Source of the DNA: Octopus vulgaris
Lineage: Eukaryota
NCBI GenBank assembly: GCA_951406725.2
Contig: OX597826.1
Span: 16,058,001 to 16,122,000, forward strand
Direction: 5' to 3'
DNA length: 64,000 bases
The translations under genes were made by a program, and so were the position numbers. A model generated the notes under the pieces. The model was not told where the DNA came from. It did not search any database and saw only the letters and a program-made list of their open reading frames with translations. This document shows positions 1-11,069 of the stretch, piece after piece (within the stretch, counting starts at the first letter, position 1; each line of letters starts with the position of its first letter).

Positions 1-1761
1 TTGCCAATTAATTTTACTTCCTTAATATATTTTACGATGACATTTGGTTCTTATAAACATATTTTTGGTAATATATATTCGCATTATTCAGTCTAATTGT
101 GTATTCTCAGTTATTCCTGTTCATCTCTATATTTCTTTATTTAATACAATATACATCCTTAATCTCTTGATTTAATATAATTTCTAACCAATCTGCTTTA
201 AACAAAAATAAATCTGAAGAGAACGAAAAGAGGTATGAAGTTATATAATGCAACTTGAGACGGATGTTTTTCTTTCTTTATTGAATTGAAAGCAGATTTG
301 AACGGCAATGTTGGGAAATTTGTATTCCATTAACTATATTAATTTTTATATATTTTATTATATGCTCTATTCGCTGTTTAACATACGCACGAAGAAAAAC
401 GAAAATGTACACTCGATTCACAATCAAATCAATGTTGATATTCTGTTGCAGATGCAGAGATACAAGAACACAGACAGACATAATCAAATCTAATCATGTT
501 TTGTTTGGAATACTAGCAAATATTTCTCAAAATATTATTGAAAATATTGATATGAACGTGATATATCAGAGAAAAAATGTGGAACATGCAATAAGATCTG
601 CCTTTTTATCAGAAAGAAACATATTTTAGCTGTTCGATAAATGTTTTATTTCACGTTGTCTCTAAATGAATATATCTTTAACGAGGTTCCAGTTCTCATT
701 TATTCTGTTAATGACTAACATGCACCTTAAAATGGTGCACACACGCCCACACAGGCACTCACACACAGGCACTCACACACACATACACACACACAAACAC
801 AAACACACACACACAAACACAAACACACACATACACACATATGGTGGTTGTCTTCTCCTTCTGCAGAGTTTCACCACCCCCTGTACCATCATGGTATATG
901 CAGTGGCTTTTAAAACCAGACAATGTTTTGAAAGAACACCCATATAGATTACAAACCGATTTGGACCAGCAAGAGCTGCAGTTAAGTTCTTATATTTGTG
1001 GATCTTAAATGTCAGCTGGTATGGTTGCATTCTTCTGATTTTATGAAGATTTGTTTTTCTATATATGCTTGACGTCGCTCTGATCATATAATAGCTATTG
1101 ATTTTTCTCAATATTACATTCGATTTCTAAATTAACCATACTTTCTAACACTCGGTCAAGGAATTTGAACTTCGCACATCCCCAACGTGCCCCAGATACA
1201 CAATACCAATAACACACTCAATGTGGGACGTTTCACGGAACGCCTTCACATGCCAAAAGAGAAAAAAACTCCTGCCTAACCGCTCTTACTACGTAAATAG
1301 ATGGTAGTCGGAAGATGGGGCATTTACTACTAGTCAGTTCTAGCGACACCGGTTCACGAATTGCTTTCAGGACAATGTTATGTATTGCAGGACTTATACT
1401 ATTTAGAAAAAGCACACTAAAATCCGCCGCTTAATATCCCCCTGCAAGCAGATCTCTGATTTGTTTTAGAGAATTTGTTGCAATTGGTTTCTACAGAGTC
1501 ATATCCCAATGATGACCATATTCGTTCTAAAAGAAAAAAAAATCATGTAAAAAAATCGCCAAACACAATCGTAGTAAAACATAGGAATCCAACATTTCAA
1601 GATTGCAGGTCCGGATTCAGTCTGGGACGTTTTTAATTAACTCATGGAGTCAACCTGGAACCAGAATGCTATGATATATTGGTCTACGGCCTCTAAGAGT
1701 AAAAGATGAAAAAGTGGGACATACTGACACACCGAAATTCACATTTGATATATTATATATA

Positions 1762-2153
1762 GGCGTAGAAGTGGCTGTGTGGTAAGTAGTTACCGACCAC
1801 ATGGTTCCGGTTTCAGTCCCACTGCATGGCACCTTGGGCAAATGTCTTCTACTATAGCCTCGGGCCGATCAAAGCCTTGTAAGTGGATTTTGGTAGACAT
1901 AAACTGAAAGAAGCTCGTCGTATATATGTATATGTATTTGTGTGTGCATGTGTTTGTGTGTGTGTGTTTGTCCCCCCAACATCTCTTGACAACCGATGCT
2001 GGTGTGTTTACGTCCCCGTAACTTAGCGGTTCGGCAAAAGAGACTGATAGAACAAGTACTAAGCCTACAAAGAATAAATCCTGAGGTCGATTTGCTCGAC
2101 TAAAAGTCGGTGTTCCAGCATGGTCACAGTCAAATGATTGAAACAAGTAAAAG
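1762..2153 (+). mobile_element. tRNA-derived SINE, family A
   Basis: A-box-like GTGGCTGTGTGGTAAG and B-box-like GGTTTCAGTCCC head, with an internal (TA/TG)n tract. Homologous pieces lie at ~27600-27775, ~34460-34680, 39375-39538 (-) and ~45470-45625. Confidence 0.8.
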
Positions 2154-2183
2154 GGTGAAGAGTATATTATTATAGTATATCAA

Positions 2184-2357
2184 GGCGGTAAGCTGACAGA
2201 ATCGTTAGCACGGTGGGCGAAAGGCTTAGCAGTATTTCGTCCGCCGTTGGGTTTTGAATTCGTATTCCGCTGTGGTCGACTTTGCACTTCATCCTTACGG
2301 GGTCGATGAAATTAGTTCCGGTTACGTACTGGGGTCGATGTAATAGACTTAATCCTT
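2184..2357 (+). mobile_element. tRNA-derived SINE, family B
   Basis: GGCGGTAAGCTGACAGAATCGTTAGC head and GGTCGACTTTGC..CATCC..GGGGTCGAT core. Reverse-complement homologues lie at 28404-28626 and 58600-58910. Confidence 0.75.
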
Positions 2358-2530
2358 TTCCTCAAAATTTGAGGTCTACTGAAAGGATCTATTAAAGTTG
2401 AAAAAATGTGACATTGACATTCTCATTTATTACATTAAATATGTTTCATTTTGAGGAAACTATTTCAATTAAAGTGTATTTTATATGTATATGCGTCGTG
2501 AACAGATTTTAATCTTCTCTCTTCGCTCCT

Positions 2531-3300
2531 TTGACCCACATGGGCTCAACTCTCCTCTCTTCTTCCTCTAACCTTCTCCCCTCTCCTCTCCTCTCTCCCT
2601 CTCACACCTACTTCTTACCACCCACCTCTCCTGTCTTGCTCCGACTCCTGCTTCTTCTCTTCACTCCTACTTTCTTTTCTCTTCTCTTCCTTCCTACCTA
2701 CATGCTCCCTTCCCTCTCTCCCCTCAGCATCACCCTTCACTTGTAAACCACCCTTAAATAATCCAACCCCACCTTCCCTATACATCCCAGCCAACCCCAT
2801 CACTTACACCCGCTACAATATACCCCACCTCTACCCCCACCTCTACCCCACCCTCAGCCTACCCACATACTCCACCTCTACACCTTCCTGCAGCCTAACC
2901 CATACCTACTTTGTTTCCCTACTCTCACCTCCCCTACCTCCCAACACTATCAAACCACACCACATCACACACCACTACGCTATACACCACCATACCACAC
3001 AAAAGCACATAACATGACACCACCACGCGCACCTTCGTTTTGGAATCACTACTACTTTATTATCTCCCCTTCTTCCCAGCTCTCCTGTGTGAACCATCTG
3101 TCTGGCATTCGCCATGATATATCACTAGCCACTACACATTTTTTTTTTATTTTCTCTCCTTGGTTCTTTCTGTGTTCCTTTCTGTGGAAGAGCGTAGGCT
3201 CGAAACGTTAAAGACTTTTTCACTTCCCGAGCATTAAACTAATACATCTGTTTTTTTACTATACCACCTGTCTTCGTCTTTGTTTTTTTTTTTTTTGAAT
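2531..3300 (+). mobile_element. Probable PLE 3' remnant: C/T-rich tract followed by an HHR-like motif
   Basis: Low-complexity pyrimidine tract, then CTTT-CTGTGGA-AGAGC-GTAG-GCTC-GAAA-CG-TT-AAAG at 3178-3213. Confidence 0.4.
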
Positions 3301-3391
3301 TCTCCCCTTATATGTGTGTGTGAGTGTATGTGTGTGTATAAAAATAAGACTTACTTGGAAATGGATGCGTAGCGCTCAATCAATTAATATA

Positions 3392-3440
<49 letters not shown>

Positions 3441-3444
<4 letters not shown>

Positions 3445-3980
3445 TAAAAAGAATTCCAACCTTGTCTGATTTTCACGTTTTATTTACAATCTTATAATGA
3501 TATATTATAAGATAATATATTATAATTGAATAAAATAAAGTGAAATAGTAGAATGTTAAATATTCATTCTGATTGAACTAGTACTTTCATGCATTGAATT
3601 CTGCAATCTTCGGGTTCATGTAGTAGTGTTGACAGTCATGCTTCACAATTTTTGACTGTAGCAAGATGAGTGATTCTGTGCTATAAATACAGCTGGGTAG
3701 GCTCCAGAGTGCTAGGTTTTGCAAACTGTATTCTGACCAATCAGTGTGTAGTATCACTCAATTACTTAAGCTGATTGGTTGGTTGAGCTGATTGGTTTAG
3801 GCATCAAGCTTTGTTGGACAGGTCAAGAGTCCTGTATCTTGACCCTGGCCGAAGCAGCAATTGTTGGGTTATTTTTAGAAATGTTGTAAATATCCTTTGT
3901 CAGAGATTTTTATATTTTTATATTTCAATTGTCATCATCATCATTGTCAGCACCTTAATTATTGTTGCTAGTGGTGATGG
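3441..3980 (-). repeat. pLTR copy 1 (3' end of element)
   Basis: Apparently identical to 7714-8253. Confidence 0.92.
3574..3618 (-). ncRNA. Minimal type I hammerhead ribozyme (pLTR copy 1)
   Basis: TGAAC-CCGAAGA-TTGCAGAATTCAATGCAT-GAAA-GTAC-TA-GTTCA. Confidence 0.8.
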
Positions 3981-4112
3981 TGGTGGCAATAGAACTTTTA
4001 ACCCTAAATAAGATAATTTTCCTGCTATCTTCGTCTTGATCACCTTTAGTATTGTTGTTGTTGTTAGTGGTCATGGTCGTAGCAGTGGAAGTAATACCTC
4101 TAAGTATTATTA

Positions 4113-6442
4113 TTATTGCTTATTTAGCTTGGGTTCGAATTTATCAATAAAATTCTTTTCTCTGATTTTCCTCTCGATTTCACTTGGGCTGTGTAATTTG
4201 TAGAATGGAAATATTATATATATTTTTTCCGACCACATGTTGCTAGGTGGTTACTCAAAGGTATCTGACGGACCTCTGGGTCTCTAATCTGTTGCCGGTG
4301 TACACGTGAGCGTTCTAATAGTGCGTTTCCCGTCTGACCTACATATATTTCTTCACAATTTGGGCATTTGATGCAGTAAATTAAATTTCTGCTTTTGCAG
4401 TTCATATTCGCGTTTGTGAATATTTTCCCGGTTTTTGTGTTTATATATTGACCGGTATGTATGAATTGGCATGTGCCACATCGGCTATCATTGCATTTAG
4501 ATACCGTGAATGTTTGGTCTTTGTTGCTGAGGTCAAATTTTGCCTTTGTTAGTAATGTTTTCAAGTTTTTAGGCTGTCTTTTACTAAGCACCATAGCTCG
4601 ATCCTTGATTATGTCTTTTAATTAATTACTTTGGGCAATGATTGGTAGGTTTGCTTTGGCAATGTTGAAGATATTCTGGTGACATGGGTTGTGTGTCACT
4701 ATGAATGGTATGACTTGTTCTTGTTTTCCTCTTCCTTGGGTTGTCCTAAGTTGTTGTATAGGTATTTTTATAGCCCGCTGTATGCCATTTTCTATAAGTA
4801 GAGATGGGTATTTTTGTTTGAGCAAAAATTCTCTTAGTTCTATTAGGCGTTTGTTCCTGATATTTGCATCTTCTACAATAGTACAAATTCTTCTGGCTAG
4901 GCAGTATGGGATGTTACGTTTTGTATGTGGTGGATGGCACGACTTAAAATTTAGGTATTGATGTGTGTCTGTGTGTTTATAGTATATATCTGTGGTGATG
5001 GTGGTGTCTTTTTTAATTACCATTATATCCAGGAATGGTAATTTGGTACTACTCATCTCCTTTGTAAATTTGAGAGATGGGTGTAGGTTGTTCAGGAGGA
5101 TATTGAACTCTTCCAGAGTATTTAGAGATTCTGTCCAGATTATGAAACAGTCGTCTAGGTATCTCTTCCATGCCTTTTCAATATACTTTCTAAATCCAGT
5201 GCCATAGTTTACCTCCACCTCTTGGTAGAGTTGTTCTTCTAAGTATCCCATTACAGAGTTGGCGTAAACGGGAGCAAACCTCGTTCCCATCGCCGTGCCT
5301 CTAATTTGGATGTAATTCTTTCCATTGAAGAAGAATGTGTTATTTTCTAGAATAAGTTTGACTGTGTCTAATATAAATGGCACTGTGAATCTGCTGGGAA
5401 TCACTTCTCTATGTTTTTCTAACCAGTATTTAATCGCCTTTATTCCTAAATCGTGTGGAATATTGGTGTAGAGGCTTACCACATCAAAACTTAGCAAAAC
5501 TGAATTTGTTTCTGTTGTTTTGGAAAGATGGGACAGGAAGTCGATGTCATCCCTGATGAAACTTGGTATGTAAGTACATAGTGGTTTCAAAACAATGTCA
5601 ATAAAATTGCTTAGACGGTGTGTAGGGCATGCTGGACCAGCTATAATAGGTCTAAGTTTTAGGTCTTTTGGATGTAATAATTTTATGTACTCACTTTCTT
5701 GTTCTTTTACTGCCTGTTGAATGTTTTTTGATTTGTGTATTTTTGGTAAGCCGTAGAAGTTGCTGGGTTTTGGTTCAAAATTGGTGATGTAGTCTTTTTC
5801 ATTATCCGTAAGTGAGTTGTGGTGTGTTGAAATCAGGTTGTTGATCTTTTTCATGATGTGGTGGTCTATATTTGCGGGTATTTCACAATAGAAGGTTGTA
5901 TCCTTCAGTTGGTCTTCAACCAAATCCTTATAGTATTCGGTATCCATAATAACAATTGCACCACCTTTATCTGCTTGTTTAATTATTATTGTTTGATCGT
6001 TTTGTATACGTTTACATGCAGACATCTCTGATTTGCTAATGTTTGGCCTAACATTGGTATTGCGTCTAAGGGGAAATTTAGACAGGATATCAATGTATTG
6101 GTCAAGGTAGTTATTTCTTCCTTTTGGTGGGGTGAAATTTGATTTATTCCTTACTAGGGATTCATGAATCTCATTACTTTTGTTAGCGAAGAATTCTACA
6201 AGTCGTAATTTTCGACAGAATTTTTGGATATCCTCCTTTAATTCTTGGTGGTTGGCTGTTGGTGTAGGTGTGAATTTCAGTCCTTTTGACAGAAGTTGGA
6301 TTTCATCATTGTCAAGATCTCTTTTTGATAAATTAATTATTTTAGGATCTATACGTTCAGTTGTTTGGGGTATGTTTCCTCTTGGATTTTTTCTTTCTCC
6401 GGTGTTTGTTGTCCTGACGTAAAAAAATGGATTTTTTTCTGG
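4113..6442 (-). pseudogene. PLE RT + GIY-YIG endonuclease ORF with two lesions
   Basis: Motifs IINLS..LLSKGLKFTPTP, ADKGGAIV, FYGLPKIHK, FDVVSLYTNI, GTAMG, RYLDD, CNDSRCGTC and LIYCIKC..YVGQT. Relative to the inverted copy it has GAA>TAA at 4622-4624 and 2 extra A near 4225. Confidence 0.92.
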
Positions 6443-7641
6443 TTATGATTTATATTCCTGTTGATGTTTGCTTGATGAATTTTGCGTTTTGGTTGTGGTA
6501 CTTTACTTGGTTTCGTTATGTTTTCTGTCTTGTTTTTGGTATTATGTATGCTACTTTTCAATTTCTTGTTAGCATTGTTTTTAACCACCTGGAGAAATGA
6601 TCTGGGTTTACTTCTAGATCTAGATCGGTTTTTTGTCCAGTTTCTTGTGGGTAATCTCTGTTGAGGTCTTGAAAATGATCTCCTGTTATTTCTACTGCTA
6701 ATGGTCTGTTCAAAGCAATATCTATTTTGTTTGTGCTTTTTGTTCATGTTGTGTGCATTAGGGTGTTTGCATACAAAATGGGAAGAGTTCTTACCGTAGT
6801 TCGTCTTCGATTCGTGGTGAAACGGGTGTTCATGTTGCCACGTGTTCTGGTGTATGTTGCGTTGGTGAGGTTGTCCACTTTTAATGCTATTTCTCGGAGT
6901 TCTGGTGTCTTTACCGTAATTTGTAGCATATTTGTCGAGAAATAATTGTTTCCGCTGCCAAAACTTTCTTGATCTGCTTTCTTCTTTTGAGATATCTCTG
7001 ATCCATAGTTCTCGCATTTTTTCTGCTATATTGCCGGTCGTTAGTTTGGATATTTCATCTCTGATTTGATCATCGATAGCTTCGTATTTGGCTTTGTAGC
7101 GGGATTGTTTAGACAGGGTAATGGAGATGTCGGTCCTGAATTTTATCAAACTAAGGTCCCATCGAAGTTTAGTTTCTTCCTCTGGTTCTCCTGCAATTTC
7201 TTTAATTAGGTACTTCCGAGGAAGTATGGGTGCCGCTAAAGATATCCATTTCGAATGTATTTCAGCATATTTTTCGCATTTATATGCCTTCCAGAAGTTT
7301 TGTTTTCTTATGTTAAGGAGTTTTTTCCATGTCTTCTGTATCTCTTCTCTTTTTCGGTGTGCCTCTTTTTCCAGATTTCTTTCGTTTATTTCTGACATCC
7401 AAGGAGGTTGTGGTAGGCTTTCTCTTGTAGATTTTATAATTGTTGGTATCATTTCAGCTAAATTCTTAATTTCAGAGTTTATGTGTTCATTTCCAAGTTT
7501 TCCGTCTGTAGACTGTTTTTCTATTTCCTTTAAAATAGAGGATTGTGTGTCAATCATCGTGATGAGTGTTGATAATTTCGATGAAATTTCCATTAGAATT
7601 CTTTCGGATTCTGTTAATTTTGTTTGTTGCTTTCCAGACAT
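6349..7641 (-). CDS. PLE ORF1, 430 aa, with a coiled-coil-like N-terminus and a basic R/S/K-rich C-terminus
   Basis: Long intact ORF in AT-rich DNA. The ATG lies just downstream of the upstream pLTR, and the ORF overlaps the RT frame. Confidence 0.75.
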   Translation of the reverse strand: MSGKQQTKLTESERILMEISSKLSTLITMIDTQSSILKEIEKQSTDGKLGNEHINSEIKNLAEMIPTIIKSTRESLPQPPWMSEINERNLEKEAHRKREEIQKTWKKLLNIRKQNFWKAYKCEKYAEIHSKWISLAAPILPRKYLIKEIAGEPEEETKLRWDLSLIKFRTDISITLSKQSRYKAKYEAIDDQIRDEISKLTTGNIAEKMRELWIRDISKEESRSRKFWQRKQLFLDKYATNYGKDTRTPRNSIKSGQPHQRNIHQNTWQHEHPFHHESKTNYGKNSSHFVCKHPNAHNMNKKHKQNRYCFEQTISSRNNRRSFSRPQQRLPTRNWTKNRSRSRSKPRSFLQVVKNNANKKLKSSIHNTKNKTENITKPSKVPQPKRKIHQANINRNINHNQKKIHFFTSGQQTPEKEKIQEETYPKQLNV

Positions 7642-7681
7642 GTTGGCATATACACAATAGGAATATAGATATATATATATA

Positions 7682-8253
7682 TGGGTGTGTGTGATTGTGT
7701 ATAGAAGAATATATTAATAAAAAGAATTCCAACCTTGTCTGATTTTCACGTTTTATTTACAATCTTATAATGATATATTATAAGATAATATATTATAATT
7801 GAATAAAATAAAGTGAAATAGTAGAATGTTAAATATTCATTCTGATTGAACTAGTACTTTCATGCATTGAATTCTGCAATCTTCGGGTTCATGTAGTAGT
7901 GTTGACAGTCATGCTTCACAATTTTTGACTGTAGCAAGATGAGTGATTCTGTGCTATAAATACAGCTGGGTAGGCTCCAGAGTGCTAGGTTTTGCAAACT
8001 GTATTCTGACCAATCAGTGTGTAGTATCACTCAATTACTTAAGCTGATTGGTTGGTTGAGCTGATTGGTTTAGGCATCAAGCTTTGTTGGACAGGTCAAG
8101 AGTCCTGTATCTTGACCCTGGCCGAAGCAGCAATTGTTGGGTTATTTTTAGAAATGTTGTAAATATCCTTTGTCAGAGATTTTTATATTTTTATATTTCA
8201 ATTGTCATCATCATCATTGTCAGCACCTTAATTATTGTTGCTAGTGGTGATGG
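7682..8253 (-). repeat. pLTR copy 2 (upstream of ORF1)
   Basis: Direct repeat of copy 1, plus a ~30 nt extension shared with the end of the inverted copy (9831-9862). Confidence 0.92.
7847..7891 (-). ncRNA. Minimal type I hammerhead ribozyme (pLTR copy 2)
   Basis: Same motif as 3574-3618. Confidence 0.8.
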
Positions 8254-8279
8254 CAACAGATATATACTATATATATACT

Positions 8280-9158
8280 ACAGATATATACTATAAACAC
8301 ACAGACACACATCAATACCTAAATTTTAAGTCGTGCCATCCACCACATACAAAACGTAACATCCCATACTGCCTAGCCAGAAGAATTTGTACTATTGTAG
8401 AAGATGCAAATATCAGGAACAAACGCCTAATAGAACTAAGAGAATTTTTGCTCAAACAAAAATACCCATCTCTACTTATAGAAAATGGCATACAGCGGGC
8501 TATAAAAATACCTATACAACAACTTAGGACAACCCAAGGAAGAGGAAAACAAGAACAAGTCATACCATTCATAGTGACACACAACCCATGTCACCAGAAT
8601 ATCTTCAACATTGCCAAAGCAAACCTACCAATCATTGCCCAAAGTAATGAATTAAAAGACATAATCAAGGATCGAGCTATGGTGCTTAGTAAAAGACAGC
8701 CTAAAAACTTGAAAACATTACTAACAAAGGCAAAATTTGACCTCAGCAACAAAGACCAAACATTCACGGTATCTAAATGCAATGATAGCCGATGTGGCAC
8801 ATGCCAATTCATACATACCGGTCAATATATAAACACAAAAACCGGGAAAATATTCACAAACGCGAATATGAACTGCAAAAGCAGAAATTTAATTTACTGC
8901 ATCAAATGCCCAAATTGTGAAGAAATATATGTAGGTCAGACGGGAAACGCACTATTAGAACGCTCACGTGTACACCGGCAACAGATTAGAGACCCAGAGG
9001 TCCGTCAGATACCTTTGAGTAACCACCTAGCAACATGTGGTCGGAAAATATATATAATATTTCCATTCTACAAATTACACAGCCCAAGTGAAATCGAGAG
9101 GAAAATCAGAGAAAAGAATTTTATTGATAAATTCGAACCCAAGCTAAATAAGCAATAA
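8280..9158 (+). CDS. Inverted partial PLE ORF (RT thumb, Cys linker, intact GIY-YIG); 5'-truncated
   Basis: Open reading frame from TDIYYKHTDTHQYL to FEPKLNKQ*; mirror image of 4113-4992. Confidence 0.85.
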   Translation, partial: TDIYYKHTDTHQYLNFKSCHPPHTKRNIPYCLARRICTIVEDANIRNKRLIELREFLLKQKYPSLLIENGIQRAIKIPIQQLRTTQGRGKQEQVIPFIVTHNPCHQNIFNIAKANLPIIAQSNELKDIIKDRAMVLSKRQPKNLKTLLTKAKFDLSNKDQTFTVSKCNDSRCGTCQFIHTGQYINTKTGKIFTNANMNCKSRNLIYCIKCPNCEEIYVGQTGNALLERSRVHRQQIRDPEVRQIPLSNHLATCGRKIYIIFPFYKLHSPSEIERKIREKNFIDKFEPKLNKQ

Positions 9159-9475
9159 TAATAATACTTAGAGGTATTACTTCCACTGCTACGACCATGA
9201 CCACTAACAACAACAACAATACTAAAGGTGATCAAGACGAAGATAGCAGGAAAATTATCTTATTTAGGGTTAAAAGTTCTATTGCCACCACCATCACCAC
9301 TAGCAACAATAATTAAGGTGCTGACAATGATGATGATGACAATTGAAATATAAAAATATAAAAATCTCTGACAAAGGATATTTACAACATTTCTAAAAAT
9401 AACCCAACAATTGCTGCTTCGGCCAGGGTCAAGATACAGGACTCTTGACCTGTCCAACAAAGCTTGATGCCTAAA

Positions 9476-9590
9476 CCAATCAGCTCAACCAACCAATCAG
9501 CTTAAGTAATTGAGTGATACTACACACTGATTGGTCAGAATACAGTTTGCAAAACCTAGCACTCTGGAGCCTACCCAGCTGTATTTATAG
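9476..9590 (+). promoter_or_regulatory. Putative pLTR promoter: CCAAT boxes plus a TATA-like element (also in the other two pLTRs)
   Basis: ACCAATCAGC twice (CCAAT at 9476 and 9493), inverted CTGATTGG (~9530), and TATTTATA (9582-9589) upstream of the HHR. Confidence 0.45.
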
Positions 9591-9652
9591 CACAGAATCA
9601 CTCATCTTGCTACAGTCAAAAATTGTGAAGCATGACTGTCAACACTACTACA

Positions 9653-9697
9653 TGAACCCGAAGATTGCAGAATTCAATGCATGAAAGTACTAGTTCA
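9653..9697 (+). ncRNA. Minimal type I hammerhead ribozyme (inverted pLTR)
   Basis: Stem I TGAAC/GTTCA, core CCGAAGA...GAAA, stem II TGCA/TGCA, palindromic stem III AGTACT, UA cleavage site. Confidence 0.8.
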
Positions 9698-9859
9698 ATC
9701 AGAATGAATATTTAACATTCTACTATTTCACTTTATTTTATTCAATTATAATATATTATCTTATAATATATCATTATAAGATTGTAAATAAAACGTGAAA
9801 ATCAGACAAGGTTGGAATTCTTTTTATTAATATATTCTTCTATACACAATCACACACAC

Positions 9860-9913
<54 letters not shown>

Positions 9914-10589
9914 GTGTATATATATATATATATATATATATATGCATATATACACACGCATATATACCTAGATATGTATGTATATAGGTATGCATATATG
10001 GGCACAGGATGTCACAAAACGTAAACAACATGAAATAAGAAAATAACGTTGGATATGCAAAGAACGAGAGAAAGAAATGGATAACAAACAAGTAAAATAA
10101 AAAAGCGACCCTTCATCAGTTGTCGGCTGTCCTTCTACTCCTTTGCCCGAAATAAGTTTTAATTTTTTGGTGAGATTTTGAGTGTCCTTGAAAATATATG
10201 TCCTTCGAAATATTTTTCGAACTTTTGTGTACCTTATGAACTTTAAGAAAATGCTGTAAAAGCTGATTTCCTATTTCCCTGAGCCATTGGGAACATTTTG
10301 ACAAAAATTTACTTTAATATATGAGTATTCCTTTTTACTTTCTGGACAAATGTTATGCGATAAACTTATTGACGTCGGGCTGGAAATCGTAGCTGAAACT
10401 TTTCCAGAAATTCCAGTACAACCAACCATTTTTTTCTCACACGGAATTTCTAAGATACAACCCACACCGCACGCTGTTCATTCATCACACTAGGAACAAT
10501 CATCTTGTTTTGTCGATCAATTTTTTTCGGAGATGTTTATATTTATGACAGTTTGAACATACCAATTTCGCAGGAACTAATGGCACAAA

Positions 10590-10810
10590 TAACAAAGTTG
10601 TACTCAACACAAACATTATTCCTAAAATTCAACAATTTCTTATAATTAATCCCAAGTTGACGCATATGATTGTGGCCCTTTTGCCCTGCATTTGCGTATG
10701 CATTTGACCTGGAAATTGGAAACGCTCCAGACAACTTTCTATTTGATCAGTCACAAATATGAGCACATTTAAATTTTGCTTCGAAAATAATAAATTTGTT
10801 CCTTTTCCGA
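10590..10810 (+). pseudogene. Decayed Ulp1/C48-like cysteine protease fragment
   Basis: Across frameshifts it reads DAYDCGPFA..AFAYAFDL...LFDQSQI*AHL...FVPFP. Confidence 0.4.
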
Positions 10811-11069
10811 AAATAAAGGTTTTTCAAATGTCTACAAACACCACAGAAGTCACTCACTTTCTATCACCCACCCAGAAATGGATTACCCCTGGAAAACGAC
10901 TAAAAATTATAACTTCTCACATGAACATTCACAACAAATGTTTTCACCCAATAAGTTCCGTGTTTTAAGTAAATATTTCTAACAAAGCCCAAAAGTAGTC
11001 CGAAATCTAATGAGATGAAGACTCTTAAAACCCCTTGCCCGGGAAAAACCATCACACAAGAGAATAAGT

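Larger units (their letters stand above)
3441..9861 (-). mobile_element. Penelope-like element (Neptune/Nematis-type) with direct pLTRs and an inverted 3' copy
   Basis: 3441-3980 is repeated at 7714-8253 (offset 4273). 8280-9830 is the reverse complement of 4992-3441. Encodes RT and GIY-YIG; both ends run into (TA)n. Confidence 0.95.

Noticed and set aside
3811-4011. 66-aa ORF present in three near-copies
   Set aside because: It is antisense within the pLTR/3' UTR and is repeated only because the pLTR is.
10111-10130. CTGATGA on the minus strand as a possible HHR
   Set aside because: No matching stem II or GAAA nearby; at most a truncated remnant.
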